Of a stretch of 64,000 nt of DNA, positions 58,152 to 64,000 are shown piece by piece. Under the pieces are notes generated by a model, which was not told the origin of the DNA, ran no database searches, and saw only the letters and a program-made list of their open reading frames with translations. This DNA comes from an uncultured Spirochaetales bacterium. GTDB taxonomy: Bacteria > UBP6 > UBA1177 > JAKLFG01. The position numbers and the translations under genes were made by a program. Each line of letters opens with the position of its first letter. Position 1 is the stretch's first letter. The stretch covers positions 5,041-69,040 of the forward strand of contig CAYPQK010000001.1 in assembly GCA_964412895.1 (NCBI GenBank). Reading direction: 5' to 3'.

Positions 58152-60260
58152 ATGCTACGAACGGCCGGTACCGGGAAAGATCATCGGTTCATCATCGCAC
58201 TGGTGATAATAGTAACGGCCGGGGCTCTGGTCACCGCATGGATGGTGAAGCGTGCCGACCGTGAACTGCGGATCGAAATGCTTCACGAGGCACTTCTGGT
58301 AGCACCGGCGATCGATCTCGACAGTGTCAAGACGCTTTCCGGCACCGAGGCGGACCTCGTTTCGCCCGAGTACCTCCGCCTGAAAAAACAATTCAGCGCC
58401 GTTCGGTCGGCCGACGAGCATATCCGGTTCATCTATCTACTGGGGCGGACAAATGACGGCGCCGTATTTTTCTTTGTCGATAATGAGCCGGCCGACTCCG
58501 AGGATTATTCGCCTCCCGGTCAGGTCTATGGTGAGGTTTCGGAGAACATCCGTCGCGTGTTCGACACCAAGACGGCGATAATCGAAGGGCCGGTCATCGA
58601 TCGATGGGGAAAGTGGATATCGGCTTTGGTGCCCCTTCCCGATCCGGCCACCGGTGCGATCGGTGCCGTAATGGGAATGGATGTCGACGCCCGCAACTGG
58701 AAATGGAAGGTCGCCGCGCGGGCGGCATTGCCCGTAACGCTGGTGCTGGTACTGGTGCTTCTCATGATACTGGGGCTTGCCAGAGTCCGGGGCGCGGCAA
58801 AACTGCGGGAAAGCGAAAAGAGATATCGTCTCATCGCCGAGAACACCGCCGATTCGATCGCGGTCTTGGATCTTTCCCTGAAAAATATTTATGTCTCACC
58901 TTCTACAACAAAAATGAAAGGAATCCCTGTTGAGGAAATATTGGTTCAAACGGTAGAACAAAGTATGACACCGGAGTCGGTTCAAATAGTGTATCAAGCT
59001 TTTCAAGAAGAGATGGCCTTGGAGCAAAGCGGTACCGCCGATCCCGCGCGCAGTCGTATTCTGGTACTTGAAGAGTACCGTAAGGATGGGTCTACGATTT
59101 GGGTGGAGAACACGCTTTCTTTTATTCGTGACGAGAAACAAAGTCCCACGGGGATCCTTTCCATCTCAAGAGATATTACCGAACGCAAACGGGCCGAAGA
59201 GGAGATCCGTCGGGTAAATGAGCGGCTTTCGATCATGGTAAAACACTTGGAAGCGCAACATGCCCAGAATAAGATCATGACCGAGATGCGCGAATTCCTA
59301 CAGGCCTGTTCCACGGCTGTCGAGATAGGTCCGATCATCGCACGGTCGATGGAAAAGCTGTTCCCCGATTCCGACGGCGCGCTGTTCCTGCTGAGTCCTT
59401 CCCGAACCGACCTTGAATCGATCGCCCGTTGGGGGAACTATCCCGATACGATGGAAGAAAATATTCTTTCCCCCGACGAGTGTTGGGGCCTTCGGCGCGG
59501 CAGTCAGTACATCGTTGAAAAGAGGGGAGGAGGAATCCTCTGTTCCCATGTCAAACAACTGACCAGCGGCACCTATGCCTGCCTGCCGTTCATGGCAAAG
59601 GGTGAAGTGTTGGGACTTCTTCATCTGCGGTCGCATCCGGAACTGGCCGACGGACAGAAACTGAAGGAGGAGCTGAAAGAGGTCTCCTCCGCCCTGATCG
59701 AACTTCTGTCTCTGGCGATATCGAACATCAAACTGCGCGAGATGCTGAGCCTGCAATCCATCAAGGACCCGCTCACGGGGCTCTTCAACCGGCGTTATCT
59801 GGAAGAGTCCTTCCTGCGAGAGGTCGTCCGCGCCCGGCGAAAAAATGGCCCTATCGGCGTCATCATGGTCGATATCGACCACTTCAAGAAGTTCAACGAT
59901 GTATTCGGCCACGCCGCCGGCGATAAGGTGCTGGCCGAGCTCGCCAAGTTCTTCACCACCAGTCTGCGCGGCACCGATATCATGTGCCGTTACGGCGGCG
60001 AGGAGTTCGCACTCATCATGCCGGAAGCGTCGCTTGAGAATTCCTTTATCCGCGCTGAACAGATGGTCGCGCAGGTAAAGAGCCTTCTCATTTCATACAA
60101 CGGGCAAACGCTCGGCCCCATCACCCTGTCGATGGGAGTGGCGGCATATCCGCTGCATGGCGAAAAGTTGGAAGAACTGTTGAGGGCGGCCGATCTGGCG
60201 CTTTACCGGGCGAAGCAAGCGGGCCGCGACCGTGCCCTTTTGGCAGAGATTTCTTCTTGA
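58152..60260 (+). CDS. Membrane sensor diguanylate cyclase (periplasmic domain, TM, PAS, GAF, GGDEF)
   Basis: GGDEF active-site RYGGEEF. A PAS module is near-identical to one in the upstream kinase. Confidence 0.85.
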   Translation: MLRTAGTGKDHRFIIALVIIVTAGALVTAWMVKRADRELRIEMLHEALLVAPAIDLDSVKTLSGTEADLVSPEYLRLKKQFSAVRSADEHIRFIYLLGRTNDGAVFFFVDNEPADSEDYSPPGQVYGEVSENIRRVFDTKTAIIEGPVIDRWGKWISALVPLPDPATGAIGAVMGMDVDARNWKWKVAARAALPVTLVLVLVLLMILGLARVRGAAKLRESEKRYRLIAENTADSIAVLDLSLKNIYVSPSTTKMKGIPVEEILVQTVEQSMTPESVQIVYQAFQEEMALEQSGTADPARSRILVLEEYRKDGSTIWVENTLSFIRDEKQSPTGILSISRDITERKRAEEEIRRVNERLSIMVKHLEAQHAQNKIMTEMREFLQACSTAVEIGPIIARSMEKLFPDSDGALFLLSPSRTDLESIARWGNYPDTMEENILSPDECWGLRRGSQYIVEKRGGGILCSHVKQLTSGTYACLPFMAKGEVLGLLHLRSHPELADGQKLKEELKEVSSALIELLSLAISNIKLREMLSLQSIKDPLTGLFNRRYLEESFLREVVRARRKNGPIGVIMVDIDHFKKFNDVFGHAAGDKVLAELAKFFTTSLRGTDIMCRYGGEEFALIMPEASLENSFIRAEQMVAQVKSLLISYNGQTLGPITLSMGVAAYPLHGEKLEELLRAADLALYRAKQAGRDRALLAEISS

Positions 60261-60334
60261 AAATGGAATCTTTGGGTTGACTTTTTACAAAATTCCGTAA
60301 TAATACGATTGTAATTTTACGAAGGAGCGCTGTC

Positions 60335-61660
60335 ATGAAACGGTTGATAGAATCGCAACTACTTGAATGGAAAAATAGTTCTCCGCGAAAGCCGCTTCTT
60401 GTGCGCGGCGCCCGGCAGGTCGGCAAGACTTACACGGTACGGCAGTTCGGTCGGGAACATTTCAAACAGCTTGCCGCCATCGATCTGGAACGCGATACCG
60501 CCCTGCGCGCCATCTTCGACGGATCGCTTGCCGCCGCCGGCATCGTGACACAGTTGGAGGCATTTACCGGCATTTCCCTTTCGGGCGGCGAGGCGCTCCT
60601 GTTCATCGACGAGATACAGGCGTCTCCCCGCGCGATCATGGCGCTCCGCTACCTGTATGAAGAGCGGCCCGATATCCCGGTCATCGCGGCGGGGTCGGCG
60701 CTTGAATTTGCGCTCGGCGACATCTCTTTCCCGGTGGGACGCGTCATCTTTGCGTGGATGCGGCCGATGACTTTTGCCGAATATCTCATCGCCGCCGGTC
60801 ACGATCCGCTCGCCCGCGCTCTGCCGACACTTGATGCGCCCTATGCCGGCTCTGCGCCGGTACACGACAAGATACTCGGCGAACTCCGGAAGTATCTGCT
60901 CGTCGGCGGTATGCCCGAGGCGGTGCGCCGGTTCCTTGAGGGCGGTTCGTTCGACGCGGCGGGCGCGGTGCATGCCGAACTCGCGGTATCGCTCGCCCAG
61001 TCTTTGGTGAAATACCGCATCCGTACCGATCCCGAAAGCGTGGCGCAGGTGTTCCGCCAGTTGCCGCGCAGTGTCGGGTCGCAGGTGCGTTTTTCCCATC
61101 TCGATCCCGACCGGCGCGTCGAGAAGACCAAGTCGTCGGTACAGGCGTTGGCGCGGGCGCTTCTCTACCATCCGGTCCATAGTGTCGACGCTCACGGCGT
61201 ACCGCTGGGCGGCACCGTCTCCGAAAAACGGTTCAAGCCGCTCTTTCTCGATGTCGGGCTCATGCAGTATCTGCGCGGGATCACCGCCAAAGAGCTCCTC
61301 GCGGCAGCCGATATCGGGGCGCTCCATCAGGGTGCCGTCGCCGAACAGTTCGTCGGGCAGGAACTGCTGGCGGCGGGCGGCACCGAGAACGGCGAGCTTT
61401 ACTACTGGTCGCGGGCCGAGAAACGGGGGAATGCCGAGATCGACTATCTCCTCGTGCGGGACGGCGTGGTCTACCCGATAGAGGTCAAAAGCGGCGCGGC
61501 GGGACGCCTGCGGAGCATGCATCAGTTCCTCGCGGAGCATCCGGCGACACCATTCGGCATCGCCTTCTCGCCGACCGCGCAGGAGAAACGGCAGGAGGGA
61601 CGCATCCTGTTCGTGCCGCTCTACACACAGTTCGGCGCCGCGGGAGTGCCAAAACCATAG
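60335..61660 (+). CDS. AAA-family ATPase (COG1373-like, DUF4143 C-terminal domain)
   Basis: P-loop GARQVGKTY. Walker B LLFIDEIQ. AAGGAG RBS. Confidence 0.8.
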   Translation: MKRLIESQLLEWKNSSPRKPLLVRGARQVGKTYTVRQFGREHFKQLAAIDLERDTALRAIFDGSLAAAGIVTQLEAFTGISLSGGEALLFIDEIQASPRAIMALRYLYEERPDIPVIAAGSALEFALGDISFPVGRVIFAWMRPMTFAEYLIAAGHDPLARALPTLDAPYAGSAPVHDKILGELRKYLLVGGMPEAVRRFLEGGSFDAAGAVHAELAVSLAQSLVKYRIRTDPESVAQVFRQLPRSVGSQVRFSHLDPDRRVEKTKSSVQALARALLYHPVHSVDAHGVPLGGTVSEKRFKPLFLDVGLMQYLRGITAKELLAAADIGALHQGAVAEQFVGQELLAAGGTENGELYYWSRAEKRGNAEIDYLLVRDGVVYPIEVKSGAAGRLRSMHQFLAEHPATPFGIAFSPTAQEKRQEGRILFVPLYTQFGAAGVPKP

Positions 61661-61664
61661 ACTC

Positions 61665-61697
61665 CGTGTAGGCGCAATCCTACACGGATTTCTGCCG
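61665..61697 (+). terminator. Possible terminator hairpin / conserved intergenic motif after the ATPase gene
   Basis: CCGTGTAGG-cgcaat-CCTACACGG hairpin followed by ATTTCTGCC. The core GCGCAATCCTACA also occurs at 49234. Confidence 0.4.
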
Positions 61698-61832
61698 TCG
61701 CCTTCTACCAATGAAAAGGCAGTCATGATATACTCCCTGCCGCTAGGGCGGAGGTTTCTTCTTGCTAATTAGGACCGGTTCGGATATCATTCCGGAGCCA
61801 CGGGCGGTGCAAGCAACGATCTAAGGAGCATC

Positions 61833-64000
61833 ATGACGCGACCGGACGGTATCTTTCAGCGCGTGCCCCCCACGATATGGATACTGTTCACGGCGCTCCT
61901 GCTTTTTTTCGTTATCGGCGGCACCTTCTTCTACCGGTCGCAGGAAGAGCACCTGCGGGCCGATGAAGAACAAAAGCTCTTGGCCATCGCACAACTCAAG
62001 GTCGACGAGATAACGCGTTGGCGGATGGAGCGGCGGGGCGACGCCACGGTCGCCTTGGCGGGGCCCTTTTTCTCCACCGCGGTAAAACAGTGGCTGTCGG
62101 CGCCCGATCCGGCGCTGGCGGCGCAGATCACCGAACGGCTGGAATCGTATCGCCGGGGTTATCGGTATGCTTCAGCGTTCATAGTCGATGCTACGGGGCA
62201 TGTCCGCCTCAGCGCCGGGATACCCGAAGGTCACATCGGTCCCGAAACGAAGCTCTATCTGGAAACCGTACTGCGTGAACGGCGGCCGCTTCTGTCCGAA
62301 TTATATCGCTGTTCCGTTCATCACGCCGCTCATCTCGATGTCATCGCGCCGCTTATTTCCGATACGGCGGAAGGGAGAACGGCGGTCGCCGCGCTGATAC
62401 TGCGGGTCGATCCGGAGGAGTTTCTCTATCCGCTCATCAAACTGTGGCCGGAACAGAGCGACAGCGCTGAAACGCTTCTGGCGCGGCGCGACGGCGACGA
62501 TGCCCTGTTCCTCAACGAACTGCGTCATAAGAAAGGGACCGCGTTGAACCTGCGGATCCCGCTTTCCCGGTTCGATGTCCCCGCGGTGCGTGCGGTGCGC
62601 GGAGAGGAGGGGGTGGTCGAAGGTCTGGACTATCGGGGGGTACCGGTCCTTTCGGCGCTCAAACATATTCCCGGATCATCGTGGTGTCTGATCGCCAAGA
62701 TTGATACCGCCGAGGCCTTTTCCGCATGGCGCTTCCGGGCAAGCGCCATCATAATCGGACTTTTCCTGTTGCTGGGGCTCTCTTTCGCCGGCATCGGGTT
62801 TTATTGGTACCGGCAACAGGGGCATCACTATCGGGCGCTCTATCTGACCGAAACGGCGCGCAAGAAAAGCGAATCCCAATATCGCGCCATTTTCATGAAT
62901 TCGCGGGACGCGCTTATGACCTTGGCGCCGCCGTCGTGGCAATTCTCTTCCGCAAATCCATCTACCATAGAGATGTTCCAGACGAAGGATGAGGCGGAAT
63001 TCATATCGCTTGCTCCGTGGGAACTTTCTCCCGAACGCCAACCGGACGGGCGGCTTTCGGTCGAAAAGGCGAAAGAGATGATAGAGATCGCCGTGCGGAG
63101 GGGGTATCACTTTTTTGAATGGACCCACCGGCGGCTCAAGGGCGAAAATTTCGCCGCCACGGTCCTGCTCACCCGCATGGAGCTTGACGATAAAGTGTCG
63201 CTTCAGGCCACGGTACGCGATATCACCGAATGGAAGCGGCAGGAAGAAATGCTTCGGCAAAGCGAGGAAAAGTTCAACAAAGCGTTCCACGCGAGCCCCG
63301 ATACGCTTATTATCACCCGCGTTTCCGATGGCCGGATCATCGATTCCAATGAAGAATTCTGTCACATGACCGGCTATACCAAGGAAGAGGCGCTTAAAAC
63401 CTCCACCATTGCGCTCGATCTGTGGGCCGACCCCGCGGAACGGGACCGCGTGGTGGCGATACTGCGGGAAAGGGGCAGTGTCCGAGATCACGAAGCATCG
63501 TTCCGCGCCAAGGACGGGCATCTCATCTATTGTCTGTATGCCGGGGAGATCATCCGCCTGCACGGCGAGCCGCATGTCATATCCATCGTCCGCGACATCA
63601 CCGACCGCAAGCGGGCCGAGGCGGCGTTACAGAAAAGTGAGGAGAAATATCGCACTATCGTTGAGAACACGAATGATGCCATCTACATTCACGATCTCAA
63701 GGGGAACATTATCGATGTGAATGAACAAGCATGCAGTATGCTCGGCTACAAAAGGGAAGAACTGGTAGGCGCGAACCTCCAAAAGATCGATACCCAAGAG
63801 ATTTCAAAAGTTATGCCTGAGCAGATACGAAGTCTTTTGATCAAAGGTGCCTCTTATTTTGAAGGAGCACAGGTAAAAAAAGACGGAACAATTATTTTTG
63901 TGGATATCGGCAGTAAGGTCATAAGCCAAGAGGGAAACGGGATCATCGTAGCTTTCGTGAGAAATGTCACCGACCACAAGGTGCTGGAACTGGCGCGCGA
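61833..64000 (+). CDS. Membrane sensor protein (two TM segments flanking a periplasmic domain, then at least 3 PAS domains), 3'-truncated by the window end; missing from the ORF track
   Basis: Manual translation from the ATG at 61833 (AAGGAG upstream) reads open to base 64000. TM helices IWILFTALLLFFVIGG and IIIGLFLLLGLSFAGIGFYW. PAS S-box blocks with RDITEWKR, RDITDRKRAE and VRNVTDHK linkers. Confidence 0.7.
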   Translation, partial: MTRPDGIFQRVPPTIWILFTALLLFFVIGGTFFYRSQEEHLRADEEQKLLAIAQLKVDEITRWRMERRGDATVALAGPFFSTAVKQWLSAPDPALAAQITERLESYRRGYRYASAFIVDATGHVRLSAGIPEGHIGPETKLYLETVLRERRPLLSELYRCSVHHAAHLDVIAPLISDTAEGRTAVAALILRVDPEEFLYPLIKLWPEQSDSAETLLARRDGDDALFLNELRHKKGTALNLRIPLSRFDVPAVRAVRGEEGVVEGLDYRGVPVLSALKHIPGSSWCLIAKIDTAEAFSAWRFRASAIIIGLFLLLGLSFAGIGFYWYRQQGHHYRALYLTETARKKSESQYRAIFMNSRDALMTLAPPSWQFSSANPSTIEMFQTKDEAEFISLAPWELSPERQPDGRLSVEKAKEMIEIAVRRGYHFFEWTHRRLKGENFAATVLLTRMELDDKVSLQATVRDITEWKRQEEMLRQSEEKFNKAFHASPDTLIITRVSDGRIIDSNEEFCHMTGYTKEEALKTSTIALDLWADPAERDRVVAILRERGSVRDHEASFRAKDGHLIYCLYAGEIIRLHGEPHVISIVRDITDRKRAEAALQKSEEKYRTIVENTNDAIYIHDLKGNIIDVNEQACSMLGYKREELVGANLQKIDTQEISKVMPEQIRSLLIKGASYFEGAQVKKDGTIIFVDIGSKVISQEGNGIIVAFVRNVTDHKVLELAR

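Overview
This 64 kb window is GC-rich (about 60%) bacterial chromosome. The 'Myxococcus cysteine-rich repeat' proteins suggest a delta-proteobacterium/Myxococcota-like source; that is inference. Genes are densely packed on both strands. Housekeeping genes are: uvrA 3' end, HU, rplM-rpsI, metK-bioD-bioF, groES-groEL with a CIRCE operator, a YchF-like ATPase and a CDF transporter. Signalling proteins are abundant: HD-GYP response regulator, MCP, PAS hybrid kinases, a REC-HisKA_3 kinase plus two paralogous NarL regulators, a GAF protein, a multi-PAS kinase and a PAS/GAF/GGDEF protein. There are several secreted lipoproteins with Asp/Thr-rich linkers and Cys-rich, thrombospondin-3-like, vWA, Kelch or FG-GAP modules. 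A glycosyltransferase/flippase-like trio and two peptidases co-transcribed with the MCP are also present. The main hunt result is a candidate RiPP-like operon at 36186-46953. It is co-directional and tightly packed: a PqqD-family recognition element, a 2693-aa giant adhesin lipoprotein, a 42-codon Cys-containing small ORF absent from the ORF track, a clan-SF (S24/S26-like) serine peptidase, a radical SAM/SPASM enzyme and an HprK-like kinase. A second peptide gene with a near-consensus promoter lies just downstream (47203-47352) and shares the N-terminal motif Y-x-K-P-x-[VI]-[LI]-E-E-x-x-[IL]-E-K-x-[IL]-L-F-A-C. A long sensor ORF at 61833-64000 runs off the window end and is missing from the ORF track. 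Most long minus/plus 'shadow' ORFs in the track are GC-rich antisense artefacts and were rejected.
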